64,000 nt of DNA, taken from NCBI RefSeq assembly GCF_018350175.1, contig NC_058383.1:2728001-2792000 (forward strand). The letters are read 5' to 3'. The translations under genes and the position numbers were made by a program. Every line of letters begins with the position of its first letter. Position 1 is the first letter of the stretch. Below, in pieces: positions 24,951 to 38,170 of this stretch. The DNA comes from Felis catus. Lineage: Eukaryota. The notes under the pieces are model-generated. The model was not told the origin of the DNA. It worked only from the letters and a program-made list of their open reading frames with translations, and did not search any database.

Positions 24951-27188
24951 ATTTTGGCAGTTTGTTCTGTGTTTTTTTGGCTTCTTGGTGCTGATAGGTT
25001 TTCACTACTTGGATGATGGATATATACTGTTGGATATTTATTCTTAATGTTTTTGTCCCTTTGTTTATCCTTGTATGCTGCAGTGGAGAGCAAGGATCGG
25101 TTATCTACTCCCAAGGTACTTAGTAATGGCTTGCATGTCGCTGGTCTGCTTATTGCCAACTCAAATCACCTGTCGGCTGTGGAACTATAATCATGCAAGG
25201 AAATAAATAGAAATACGGCACTTAAAACATATTTGAAATGTTCTGTTCAAGAACTTCACTTTTGTTTGTGCTGTTTCTAGGTATTAAAAGTCCGATTTCC
25301 TTTTCCATTTGCCTAAGTCTAACCTAGTCTTAATAATCCTTTATTCCCCATTTACTTTTCTGAAAATTCGAACATTTAAAGAGGTGATGGCTTGACTATG
25401 TACCAAGGCTTTCTGAGGGAGAGAGAAAATGAGTTTCTCTTTGCTTAATAGAATAGCCCAGAAGTGGTGGGAGGATTATGGTGTGGTAGAATCACGATTC
25501 TTCTGCCCTTTTGAAACAATTCTTCCACATTGATTGCCCCTTCTCCTGTTCTTTTCTGGCATGCGGGATTAAGACACTCCAGGTGTTTCTGCCTCACACA
25601 CAAATTCCCCACTCTTGCTCCCCACCTCCCTTATGTGCATAGACACACGGAAAGAGTTAGACCTTCTAGACATCTGATCCTAATTTCCAGACATTTTTGC
25701 CCTCCTTTGCAATTAGAGCTTTCTTCTGTTTTTTTTTTCTCCCTCTATAATTTATTATTTTACACATAAAACCTTGAAGTCTATGGAGAAAGCTACATGT
25801 AAACTAAAAAATGTTTTTATATTATACAGAATAAGCTCTCAAGTTGCTGCCTAGCATTCAGAACTGTCTCTGTCAGTGTTAGAGTTCTTCCTTGGAAAAA
25901 GGAGTCTTGTTTAATATTGGTTGATTTTTCTTGTGGTTGGTATATGAAAACCCTAAAGATAGAGGGGACATGGACTAGTTTTTGTTCTTAACAAATAAGT
26001 CACCAGAAATCAGATCTGGTGCCAGTTCATGGTCTTTGTAGTCAAATATCTTAGATATCTTAAGCAGATGCTCAGTTTAAATAGTAGTTGTTACAACCAT
26101 CTCAAAATAAGTGCTCCTTGAGGTAGGTAATTTGTTCAGTTACTGATCTGTGTTAAGAAAAGAAATAAGATCTTTCGTGTATTTTTTGCTGCTTCTAGAA
26201 CAAGACAAAACTTTTCATATAATGTTGAACTAGACAAAAAGTGTTGAAAATGGTTTTGGTAGATCTCCGGAATTAGAGAAATCAGTATGTGGGCACTGTC
26301 AGGGAAAGTGACTTAAAATGTGACTGCTAAGGCGAAGCACTCTGGCTTCAACCCTGTGCTTGACCAAAATTGTAGCCTGTAGACTGACAGAGGATCATGA
26401 AATTCTTGAAATTTCTGTATTTTTCCTCTGAAATTTAACTTTTCCTAATATAACACAGGATTTAGTGATACATTGCCATTTTAAAATTTTAAGGTATTTC
26501 AAGGCATATCAACTGAAGTCTCTTGAAATGAAAAGTAAGTAAATTTGTATTGTGAAAAGAAAACTTTTGAAACTCAATCTTAAAAAATCGAGAAGGATGC
26601 TGATTTTTTGACAGTTTTCTCAGAAGCCTCAAAATCAAAGTAAAAATGAATTAGAGTCCTCTTTAATTTCTGGGCTCACTTAATTTGAGTTTATTTCAGA
26701 GCACATGAGGTTTCTTGGACTGCAGTATAGATGAGGGAATCCTGGGTCATCAGCCTGTGGGCAGTGAGCTGTGGCCCCTTCTGGTGTCCCCTGGCTCCAG
26801 GGGTTCAGCCCCAGACAGTGATTCAGATGCATCTGGCAGAACCTGCAAGAACTCCAGGCATTTCCTTGATTGATGCTGAATCAGTATAATGATCAATTTA
26901 CATGAACAGCAAGCTGTGTTTTTTTTCTTCCAGTTTTGAGAAATAATGGACAGTCATTTCATGTGTAAATTTAGGATATACAGCATGATGGTTTGATTTA
27001 CATATATGTGAAATGACTATTGCTATAGGTTCAGCCTAACATCCATCCATCTCATATAGATAAAGAAGAAACGAAGAAAATTTGCTCCTTGTGATGAGAA
27101 CTCTTAGGATTTGCTCTCTTGACAGTTTTCCTGTTTATCATAGAGCGGTGTTAACCGTAGTCATCATGTCGTACATTACATGTCTAGT

Positions 27189-28558
27189 ATTTCCTTTTAT
27201 TACATGCATTTCAGGCTTATAGCTTTATCATTAGAAAATACACACTACAGAAAAATCATCACCGGAAGTGTTTCCATTTATCACTGTTCACTTGACTTCC
27301 TTCACCCATTTTGCCCTAGCCCCTTCCCCTTTAGTAACCATCAGTGTGTTCTTTGTATCTGAGTGTATTTTGTTCATTTGTTTTGGATTTTTTTTGGATT
27401 CCACATAGGACTGAAATCATACGGTATTTGTCTTTCTCTGACTTAGTGCATCATCCCTTCAAGGTCCATCCATGTTGTTGCAGATGGCAGTGTTTCATTG
27501 TTTATGGCTGAGTAGCAGTCTCCTGCATACATCTATCTTCTTCATCTATCCATGGACACTTAGGTTCTTTCCATATCTTGGCTGTTGTAAATAATGCTGT
27601 AATTAACATAGGCATCCATCTGCCTATGGGGCAGATGGGTTTATGTAGCAGATGTTCTTTGAGATCCAGAAATGCAGTCTTGCCCCTGGTTACCTGAGAT
27701 GGGTACTCAAGAGATGTCTCAAGTGGGTTGCGACTACCTTTCTCTTTTGGCAGTGCTGTGGCTGGTGCCTGGTTGACAGACACAGCTATGACTGCTGTGA
27801 TGCCTTGGTGGGCAGGAATGGACCTTGACTCAACTGGAGGTGTGCCCTTGACTGCTGTGGCACATTGGTGTGTGGGCTCTCAGCAGGACACTCCCAGTGG
27901 CATTAGCGGATTAGAGGGAGAATGTCAAATAGTACCCACCAGCCTTGAAGGTATTAGGAAGGTAGACTGAGATCACAAAAAAGGCTCTTGATAGTGTCTC
28001 AGTCTATGGAGAGGGTCCCTGGTTGTTTCCTGCTTTTCTGGTGGATAATTGAAAGTTTCTAAATGGTTCTCCTTTACCTCTGGTCCATGTACTTTTCATA
28101 TTGGCATTTTTATGCTGGTTTCTGGGTTGTGTGGGTCTGTGCATGAGCCCTTTAAGACCAGATTTTCTATTTCCTACAGTTCTATAGTTTTCTTGAAAAT
28201 GCCTGTTGATTTGCAAAGCCCAGTGTTTTTGGGGTCTGTGCAGGATCTAAGGAATGGGGTACCACGTGGAGCTTGAGTCCCTTGTTCCTCAGGGAAAAGT
28301 TCACATTAGATATTCTTCCCAATTGTGACCTGCCTGACTGGGCTATAGTGTATGCTTTGGTGAGTTTGTGTCTCTGCTTCTTTCCTATCTTGATGCTGTT
28401 TTTTCTATCCTTTGTTTTGGAGGTTCACTTTTGAATTTCAGGTTCCCTTTTAGAGGGAATTACCCTATGTATAGTTGTAGATTTGTTGTATCCGTTGGGG
28501 GAGGGAGATGAGTTTAGAGTCTTGCTGTGCTGCTGCCTTGAACCCAGTTCCCCCGAGG
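27189..28558 (-). mobile_element. Nested L1 made of a 3' end (27189-27615) joined directly to a 5' UTR (27630-28558)
   Basis: The antisense 3' segment translates to ...ALFTTAKIWKEPKCPWIDE (ORF2 C-terminus) and is followed abruptly by 5' UTR-like sequence. The host L1 3' UTR resumes at ~28560. Confidence 0.65.
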
Positions 28559-29399
28559 GTCAATACTTACCTTATAATTGAAAATTCATCTCTTTAGACA
28601 ATCTTCCTTCAATTCTACCACTTCTTTCCCTCTGTCTTTAGTAACCACATGTAATCTCTTTTTCTAGGAGTTTTCTCTTTTTTTGATGCTACATGTAAGT
28701 GAAATCCTACAGTATTTCTCTGCCTTATTTCACTTAGCCTAATGCTTTTAAGTTCCATCCTTTTTGTCACAGATAGGGAATATTACTTAGCCATAAAAAA
28801 AATGAGGAAATCCTGGTTTATACCTCAACTTATTTATCCATTTATCCATCAATGGATACTTAGGTTGTTACCATGTCTTGACTATTGTAAATAATGCTGC
28901 TATGGAGATGGGAGTCAGATATCTTTTTGACTTAGTGTTTTTATTTCTTTTGGATATATTGCCATAAGTGGAATTGCTGGATCATATGGTAATTCTGTTT
29001 TTAATTTTTTGAGGATACTTCATACTGCTTTCCATAGTGGCTATAGTAATTTACAATCCCACCAACCGTGTGCATGGATTTCCTTTTCTCCATATCCATG
29101 ACAGCATTTATCTCATTTTTGTGATAATGCTGTTCTAACAGGTATGAATGAGTATCTCATTAAGTTGCCTTTCTCTAATGACTAGTGATGTAGAGCATCT
29201 TTTCATGTACCTTTTGGCCTTTTGTGTACCTTTGGAAAAATGTCAGTTTTAGTCCTTTGGAGGTTTTGTAATTGGGTTATTTATTTATTTTTGCTATTGT
29301 CATTCATCTCCCACATTCCCCCAATATCACTGCCTTATTAGGTATAGATATTTGCAATTTTTCCCCATTTTGTAGGTTTTTTGTTTTGTTAAATAATTG

Positions 29400-29612
29400 C
29401 TTTTTAAAAATATGTTTTAAGTTTGTTTATTTTTGAGAGAGAGAGGGAGGGAAGGAGGGAGAGAGGGAGAGAGAGAATCAGAAGCAGGATCCAGGCTCTA
29501 AGCTGTCAGCAGAGAGCCTGATGCGGGGCTCGGGGCTCGAATTCACAAACTTGGAGATCATGAGCTGAGCCTACATCAGATGCTTAACAGACTGAGCCAC
29601 CCAGGTGCCCCC
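29400..29612 (-). mobile_element. CAN-SINE
   Basis: GAGAGAATCAGAAGCAGG...GAGCCACCCAGGTGCCCC, flanked by TGTAGGTTTT repeats. Confidence 0.9.
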
Positions 29613-31614
29613 TTTCTGTAGGTTTTCTTTTACCTTTGTTGATGGTTTCTTTACCTGTGCAGAAGCTTTTTAGTTTGTAAGTCCTACTTGTTTGTTTTTG
29701 ATTTTGTTGCTTTAGGTTTCATACCCTAAGACTCCTTTCTAAGGCTCATGCCAAGGATCTTTATGACTCTCTTTTCTTCTGTGAGTTTCAGGGTTTCACC
29801 TTTTCCATTCAAGTCTTTGATCCGTTTTGAGTTAATTTTTGTGAATGTTGCAAAATAGACATTTAGTTTATTCTTTTACATGTGAATATCCAATTAAGTC
29901 AGCACCATTTATTAAGGCTCTTTTTCTCCTTTGAGTATTCTCCCTTGTCAAGTATTAGTCGACTGTGTATGCTTGGATTTATTTCTGGGCTCGATTCTTT
30001 TCATTGGGCTGTTTTTATGCCAGTTTTAATTACTATAGCTTTATAGGATGGCTTGAAATCAGAAAGTGTGATGACTCTGGCTTTGTTCTTCTTAGCATTT
30101 GTCTACTTGAGGTCTTTTTTGGGTTTGTATAAATTTTATGGGGGGGGTTCTGTAGAAAATGCTTGGAATCTTGATATGGATTGTATTCAAGCTATATGTG
30201 GCTTTTGGTAGCATTTACATTTTAACTTTTTCTAATCCATAAATATGGGATACTTTTTCATTTATTTGTGTCTTTGATTTCTTTAATCAGTGTCTTGTAA
30301 TTTTCAGAGGAGAAATTTTTCACCTTTTTGGTTAAATTTATTCCTAAGTATTTTAGTTTTGATGCTATTGTAAATGGGATTGATTTGTTTTTTTCAGAAA
30401 ACTTAGTGTACAGAAACACTACTGATTTTTTGTATGTTAATTTTGAAACTTTACTGAATTAATCAAACAGTTTTGTTTTTTAGAGTTTTCTGTATATAAA
30501 ATCATGTCCTCTGCAAATTGAGACATTACTTCTTCCTTTCCAAATTTGATCCCTTTTCTTTTTCTTGCCTGATTGCTGTAGCTGGTAATTCTAGTACCAC
30601 GTGACTAGGGGTGGTAAGAGTGGGCATTTTTGTCTTTTTCCTAATCATAGAGGAAAAAGCTTTTTAACGTTTCACCATTGAGTGTGATGTTAGCTATAGG
30701 CTTGTCGCATGTGGCCTTTATTGTATTGAGATACGTACCTTCTGTGCTTAATTTCTAAGAGTTTTTCTCACGAATAGATTTTGTCAAGTGCTTTTTCTTT
30801 ATGAAGATGATCTATGATTCTTTCATTCCGTTAATGTGATGCGTAACATTGACTTTGCATCCAGGGATAAATCCCACTTGATCTTGATGAATGATGATCC
30901 TTTTAATGCACTGCTAAATTCAGTTGCTAGTATTTTACTGAGAATTTCTGAATCTGTATTCATCAAGAATATTGGCTTGTAGTTTTTGTGTTTCCTAGTA
31001 TTCTTTCCTGGTTTTGGTATCAGAATAATGCTGGCCTCATAAAATGAGTTTGGGAGTGTTTCCTCCTTTTTAATTTTTTGGAAGAGTTTGAGATGATTGG
31101 TAATTATCTTTTAAATGTTGGGTAAAATTCACCAGTGAAGCTATCTGGTCCTGGTCTTTTCCTTGTTGGGAAAGTTTTGGTTATGGGCTTTTCAGATTTA
31201 CTATTTTGTCCTGATCCAGTCTTTATAATTGAGGTTCTCATTTCTTTTAGATTTTGTCATTTCTTTTAGGCTATCCAGTTTGGTGTGTAGTTGTTCATGG
31301 GGGCCTCTTAGGATTTATTTCTGTGGTATCAGTTGTAATATCTCCTTTATAATTTTGTTAATTTGGGTTCTCTCTTTCCTTGGTTAGCCTAGCTAAGGGT
31401 TTGTAAATTTTGTTACCTTTTTCAAGGAACCAGTACTCAGGTTAATTTTTTTTCTCTCTTTCTGCTGTAATCTTTCCTTTTTGCCAACTTTGGGCTTGAT
31501 TTGAGTTAGGTTGTTTATTCAGTACCTTTCTAATGTAGGCATTTATTGCTGTAAACGTCCTTCTTAGAACTCTTTAGCTACATCCTTTAAGTTTTGGTGT
31601 GTTGTGTTTCGTTT

Positions 31615-32466
31615 CTTTTTTAAAATGGTTTTTATTAAATTTAAATTTTGGATAACATACAGTACAATATTGGTTTCAGGAGTAGAATTCAGTATCACTT
31701 AAAGACTCTTTTCATATTTCTTAAAAATATAAATGTACACATTTACATATACATGTACACCTATATAGATAGATACCTCGCTGCCTTTTCCCTGGAAACT
31801 TCCAGCCGCACAGTTACCAAAGTGGAAGGGTTTAGCTTAGCAGCTAAGAGTATGCGCTCTGGAATTAGACTTTCTTTCGACTTGCTGGAGGGCGGTAACT
31901 GTGACAAAGTCAGTTCACCTTGCTAGCTGCATCTCTGTTTCCTCAGCTGTATCACAGGCTACAACACCTGCCTCGCAGGGTTCCTACAAAGGTTCCCTCC
32001 ACACGGGGTACGTGAAGGGCTCTCAAAACAGACACAGGCACACAGCCTCGCATAGCTAACAGTTGCTTTTAGGACAGAGGCAGTGGTTGTGTCATTACTG
32101 TCAACATAGCTTTCTCTAGACTGACAGATGTCCTCACTTGTTTGCACACACAAGACCAGATCCCAAACCAGAGCTCTGGGATCAACGAGTGCTCCTAACT
32201 TCAACGCTGAAAACGACGACGAGTTCCGCACACAAACATAGCGCTTCAGCAACCAAAGCGCTTTACAGGCTCCGCGTCCAGCCGTGGGGTGTTGGCCGCC
32301 CAGCCCCAGGCCACCTCCTGCCCCTCCCCAGCCACCTAGACAACCTGGCCCCGAACCCGCAGCCCCCGCACTCCGCCGCCTTCTCCCTGGAAAGCCCACA
32401 CCCAGTCCCCAGCCACTGTCACCGGGGCCACGGCTGCTGAAAAGCTCTAAACACTCTCTTATCACA
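31615..32466 (-). other. Retroposed chimeric insert: CpG-rich unique sequence + MIR-like segment + short L1 tail
   Basis: Interrupts a collinear L1. Flanked by GTTGTGTTTCGTTT (31601-31614) and GTTGTATTTCCTTT (32467-32480), with a T-rich tail at the left end. Confidence 0.7.
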
Positions 32467-33237
32467 GTTGTATTTCCTTTAAGATTTGTCTCAAGAAACT
32501 TTTTTTTTTAATTTTTTGATCCATTGGTTGTTTAGAGAGTGTTATTTAATTTCCATGTGTTCTTAAATTTTCCAGTTAGCTTCTCGTTACTATTTTTAGT
32601 TTTACGCTATTGTGGTCAAAGTAGATATTTTGTGTGATTTCAGTGTTTTCAATTTGCTGGGAACTGTATTGTGGCCTGACGTATGGTCTGTCCTAGAAAA
32701 TGTTCCATGTGTGCTTGAGAAGAATGTATTTTATGCTGCTGTTAGGTGGAATATTCTGTATATGTCTTTCAGGACATTTGGTCTGTAACGTTGTTCAAAT
32801 CTGTTTCCTTGTTGATTCTCTAGATGATGTATCCATTGTTGAGAGTGGGGTATTGAAGTCTCAACTATTACTGTGTTACGGTTTGTTCTTTTGGCTCTGT
32901 TAGATTTTGCTTTATATATTCAGGTGCTCTGATGTTGGGCACATAAATAATTGGAATTATTATATTTTTATTGACCCCTTTATCATTAAGTATTTACCTT
33001 CTTTGTTTCTTTTTACCAGTTTTAAAGTCTATTTTGTCTGATGTAAATGTATGTGCATTTATTGAGTTACCATTGGTTTCAAATTAGTTTTTCCATTCCT
33101 TCACTTCCAGTGTGTGTGTCTCTAAGGCTAAAGTGACTCCCTTATGACTGAGCATATCATTGGGTCTTGTAATTCATTCAGCCATTCTGTCATTTGCTTG
33201 AAGAATTTAATGTGTTTACATTTAAAGTAATTATTGA

Positions 33238-35590
33238 CAGAAATTCTCAACAAGATACTAGCAAATCGAATTCAATAGCATATAAAAAGAATTATTCACC
33301 ATGATCAAGTGGGATTCATTCCTGGGCTGCAGGGCTGGTTCAATATTCGCATATCAATCAATGTGATACATCACGTTTATAAAAGAAAGGCTAAGAACCA
33401 TATCCTATCAATAGATGCAGGAAAAGCATTTGATGACATACAGCTTCCTTTGTTAATAAAAACTCTCAAGAAAGTTGGGATAGAAGTAACATATCTAAAC
33501 GTCATAAAAGCCATGTATGAAAAGGCCACAGCTAACAGCATCCTCAATGGGAAAAAACAGAGCTTTCCCTCTGAGAGCAGGAACACGACAGGGATGTCCA
33601 GTCTCACCACTGTTTTTTAACATAGTGTTGGAAGTCCTAGCATCAGCAATCAGACAACAAGATGAAACAAAGACATCACAGTTGGCAAAGAAGAAGTCAA
33701 ACTTTAATTTTTCACAGATGACAATGCTCTACATGGAAAACCAGAAAGACTCCACCAAAAAACTGCTAGAACTAATAACATGAATTCAGCAAAGTTGCAG
33801 GATACAAAATCAAATGTACAGAAATCAGTTCCATTTTTATACACCAATAGTGAAGCAACAGAAAGACAAACTGCTCCCACTTACAATTGCACCAAGAACC
33901 ATAAGATACCTAGGAATAAACTATCTATAGATCTATATGCTGAAAACAATAGAAAACTTACAAAGGAAATTGAAGACACAATGAAATGGAAAACCATTCT
34001 ATGCTCATGGATTGGAAGAATAAATATTGTTAAAATGTCAATACTATCCAAAGCAATCTACACATTCAATGCAATCCCAATCAAAATTGCACAGGTATCC
34101 TTCTCAAAGCTAGAACAAAGAATCCTAAAATTTGTATGGAACCACAAAAGATCCTGAATAGCCAAAGTAATATTGAAAAAGAAAACCAAAGTGGAGGCAT
34201 CACAATCCTGGACTTTAGCCTCTACTACAAACCTTTGATCATCAAGACAGTATGATATTGGCACAAAAATAGACACATAGACCAATGGAATGGAACAGAG
34301 AACCCTGAATTGTACCCACAAGTATATGGCCAACTAATCTTTGACAAAGCAGGAAAGAGCATCCAATGTAAAAAAGTCTCTTTAGCAAATGGTCCTGGGA
34401 GAGGTGGACAGCACCATGCAGAAGAATAACTAGACCACTTTCTTACACTATACACAAAAATAAAGTCAAAATGGACGAAAGACCTAAATGTGAGGCAGGA
34501 AACCATCAAAAAGATAAAAAAAACTTCTGCACTGCAAAGGAAACAATCAACCAAACTAAAAGGTAACCAATGGAATGGGAAAAGATACTAGCAAGTGACA
34601 TATCAGATAAAGGGTTGGTATCCAAACTCTATGAAGAACTCACCAAACTACACAACTGAAAAATAATCCAGTGAAGAAATGGGCAGAAGGCATGAATAGA
34701 CACTTCTCCAAAGAAGACATCCAGATGGAACAGACACATGAAACATGCTCAGCGTCACTCATCAGGGAAATACAAATCAAAACCACACTGAGATATGACC
34801 TCACTCCAGTCAGAGTGGCAGAAATAAACAATTCAGGAAACAACAGATGCTGGTGAAGATGTGGAGTGACAGGAACGCTCTTGCACTGTTGATGGGAATG
34901 CAAACTAGTGTAGCTGCTCTGGAAAAGTGTGGAGGTTCCTCAAAAAATTAAAAATAGAACTACCTTATGACCCAGCAATAGCACTACTAGGAATTTATCC
35001 AAAGGATGCAGGAGTGTTGATTCATAGGGGCACATGTACCCCAATGTTTATAGCAGTGCTTTCAACAATAGCCAAATTATGGAAAGAGCCTAAATGTCGA
35101 TTGACGGATGAATGGATAAAAAAGATGGGGTTTATATATATATATAATGGAATGCTACTTGGCATTGAGAAAGAAGGAAATCCTGCCATTTGCAGCAATG
35201 TGGATGGAACTGGAGGGTTTTAGGCTAAGTGAAGTAAGTCAGAGAAGGACATATCATATGTTTTCACTCATATGTGGAACTTGAGAAACTTAACAGAAGA
35301 CCATGGAGGAAGGGAAGGAGAAAAAATAGTTACAGAGAGCGCGGGAGGCAAACCATAACAGGCTCTTAAATACAGAGAACAAACTGAGGATGGATGGGGG
35401 AGGGGTGGGGGAGAGGGGAGAATGGGTGATGGGCATTGAGGAGGACACTTGCTGGGATGAGCACTGGGTGTTGTACATAAGTAATGAATCATGGGAATCT
35501 ACCCCTAAAACTAAGAGCACACTGTACACACTGTATGTTAGACAATTAGATAATATATTAATAAAATATAAAAATAAAAATGAAAAAAAT
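33238..35590 (+). mobile_element. 5'-truncated carnivore L1 (frameshifted ORF2 RT to C-terminus, 3' UTR, poly-A)
   Basis: ORF fragments [57 protein letters not shown] and [24 protein letters not shown] are L1 ORF2p motifs. A-rich tail at 35560-35590. Confidence 0.95.
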
Positions 35591-37980
35591 TGATACGTAA
35601 TGAAATACTGTTGCCATTTTCTTGTTTTGTGGTAGTTCTGTAGATTGATTTTTTTCCCCGTTTCTTAACCTCTCTTTTTGTGTATTTTGACTTCTTTTGG
35701 TATTTGTATGCTTTTGCTTATTTATCATGTTCTGATGTATAATTGTTACAGATTTTTCTCTTGAGGTTATTAGGCTTACATAAAATACAGTTATAATCCC
35801 TTATTTTAAGCTGATAACTTCAGTTGAATTCCAAAACTATACTTTCACTTCTCTCTCTCACAATTTAGGTTATTGCTGTTAAAGTTTACATATTTTTATA
35901 CCGCATAACTATTAAGACACTGATGTACGTATGGTAACTTTTATTACATTCTTTCTAACTTTCAAAGTAGTTGTGAGTTATGCACGTCATTGCCAAAGTA
36001 CAGATTCTAACTTTGACTATATGTTTATCATTACCAGGGAATTTTATGCTACTTTCTTTGTTTTTTTTTTTTTTTTTTTTTTTTTTATGGTGTTGATTAG
36101 TGTCCTTTTTCTTCCACTGAAAGAACTCCCTTTTGCATTTTTTGTAAGGGAGGTCTAGTGGTAATGAACTCCCTTGGTTTTTATTCGTTCGGGGAAAGTC
36201 TTCATCCTTCCTTTTCTGAATGACAGGTTTGGCAGGTATAATGTTGGTTGGTTGTTATTTTCTTTCATATTTTGCATATGTCATCCCATTGTCTCTTGGC
36301 CTGAATGTTTCCATTGAGAAATCTGCCAACAGTTTTATGGGGGTTCCTTGGTATGTAACTTGTCTCCTTTCTTATGCTACTTTAAAATTTGAGTTTTGAT
36401 GTTTTAATTACAATGTGTGCCAGTGTAGCCCTATTTGGGCTCAACCTATTTGGGGTCCTTTGGGTCCTCTGGATCTGGATATCTATTTCTCTCACCAGGT
36501 TCAGAGGGTTAACTGACTGAGCCACCCAGGTTCCCCTCATTAAACTTTGTGAAGGGCATTTTTCTGAATTCTTTTGCTGATAGTTCATAGATGTCCATTT
36601 TTAAACATGTTATTAGAGCTTATTAGTTTCCTTTGGTTGTGTCATATTTACCTGGTACTTCATGATCCTTATGTTGGTATCTGCTCATTTGAGTAATCAG
36701 GTCCTACCTGTCACCCCTGCCAGACTTTACATGTTTGCTTAGACACAAACTTGATGTTGACCAGTCAGCTCAGCTCCGGTTTCTGGGCCTAACTCTTGGT
36801 AATGTCCTTTCGCGGGTAGGGTCTGCTGTTGTCTGTTTTTGGGTGAGGCAACTGTTTGAGCTGCGAGGTTGGGGAGGGGGCCTGTACCACTGGTCGAGAA
36901 CAGTTAGATAGGACTGCTGACTTGGTTCACTAGTAAAGTGATGCTTTAGGATGGGCCCTGTGGCTGCCTGGATTGTCTGGTTAGGCTTACTAGGTTGGGG
37001 GATGGGTCTGTATTCACTCACAGATGGGGCTATGAACTTGCTTCCCTGCCCTGGCAGGGAAGGAAGACACACCCAGGGCCTGTATGGCTTGTTGTCTGGG
37101 GCCTACATCAGACGAGAATGTGCACTGATTTCCCTGGACGCGTGAGGCCATGATGGGGAGAGCCACGGGCAGTGTTCAAGTACCACTGTAAATGAGCAGG
37201 GCTGTTAGAATGGCTCTACAGTTTGCCCTGTGCTCTGGTTAGGTTTTCTGATGGGGCGGGCTGGAGGCTCTATTCAGTAATGAGTGGGGCTATGAATTAG
37301 TTTTCCTGGCTGGGCACAGTGGGAAACGCAGCTCTAAAGCTGGTATGGCTCTTGGTGGTCTTAACTCAGGCTGACCCACACCGTGAGTTCCCGGGCTGAA
37401 CAGGTCCACTGGTTTTGTTCTGCAAACTATTGGCTCTGCCTGCCCTTCTCAGTGGCTTGAGTGCCGTGGTCTACGTGGCTTTCAGGTGTTCCCACCAGCC
37501 TCTCTTGTCAGATGTGGCCAGGAGATGACACTGTGTACAGTGGGCAGGACTGTGACTCGAGTAGTTGATAGTTCTTGTTGTCAGTGGGAGTGATCTCAGG
37601 AACAATTTTTGTTGTCATGTTGGTCACATCACTCCCCCCACCCCCCGCCTTAGAAGTTAAGAAACATTGTAAAGATCTTAGGGTATTTGAAGTTACTTTC
37701 CAAAGAAACACTGTTTGTTGTTTTCTTGTGGTCAGGTTGTGACAAAAGTTATTTTTTAAGCTACGATTTAACAGAATGAATGTGGAGTTATGTTTGACTA
37801 TTTTGTGAACATATTTATAGGACTTAAAGGTCAAGCTGTATAGGAATGTATAGAGGTCTTGCTTATATCCTTTCCCTCCTGTGTGTTTGCTTCCTCCTTG
37901 TCACAGGTAACCGTTTTTATTAGCTGCACTCTGTTTAAAATTTTTGAGGCCAATTTTACATAGTGTAAAAGTAACCATTT

Positions 37981-38170
37981 GGGGCACCTGAGTGGCTGTC
38001 GGTTAAGCGTTAGACTTCAGCTCAGGTCATGATCTCGTGGTTTGTGGGTTTGAGCCCCATGTCGGGCTCTGTGCTGACTCCTCAGAGCTTGGAGCCTGCT
38101 TTGGATTCTGTGTGTCTTGCTCTCTCTGCCTCTCTCCCACTTGCTCTGTCTCAAAAATAAATAAACGTAA
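37981..38170 (+). mobile_element. CAN-SINE
   Basis: GGGGCACCTGAGTGGCT head, AAAATAAATAAAC tail, TSD AA(G)TAACCATTT. Confidence 0.9.

Larger units (their letters stand above)
26919..37570 (-). mobile_element. Near full-length old L1 (L1MA-like), antisense, carrying several nested insertions
   Basis: The T-tail and 3' UTR start at ~26919. Collinear antisense ORF2/ORF1 relics occupy 28560-31614, 32467-33237 and 35590-36750, and GC-richer 5' UTR-like sequence runs to ~37570. Confidence 0.8.

Noticed and set aside
31959..32511. ORFs within the CpG-rich insert as a retrogene
   Set aside because: Mostly non-ATG starts and no recognisable protein similarity; the insert is reported as a non-coding retrocopy instead.
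33309..35223. Reverse-transcriptase-like ORFs as a novel or active system
   Set aside because: Ordinary L1 ORF2, 5'-truncated and broken by frameshifts and stops.
37870..37912. Pyrimidine tract + CAG|GTAACC as a recursive splice site
   Set aside because: The donor is weak and lies in probable old L1-derived sequence; it cannot be supported without RNA-seq.
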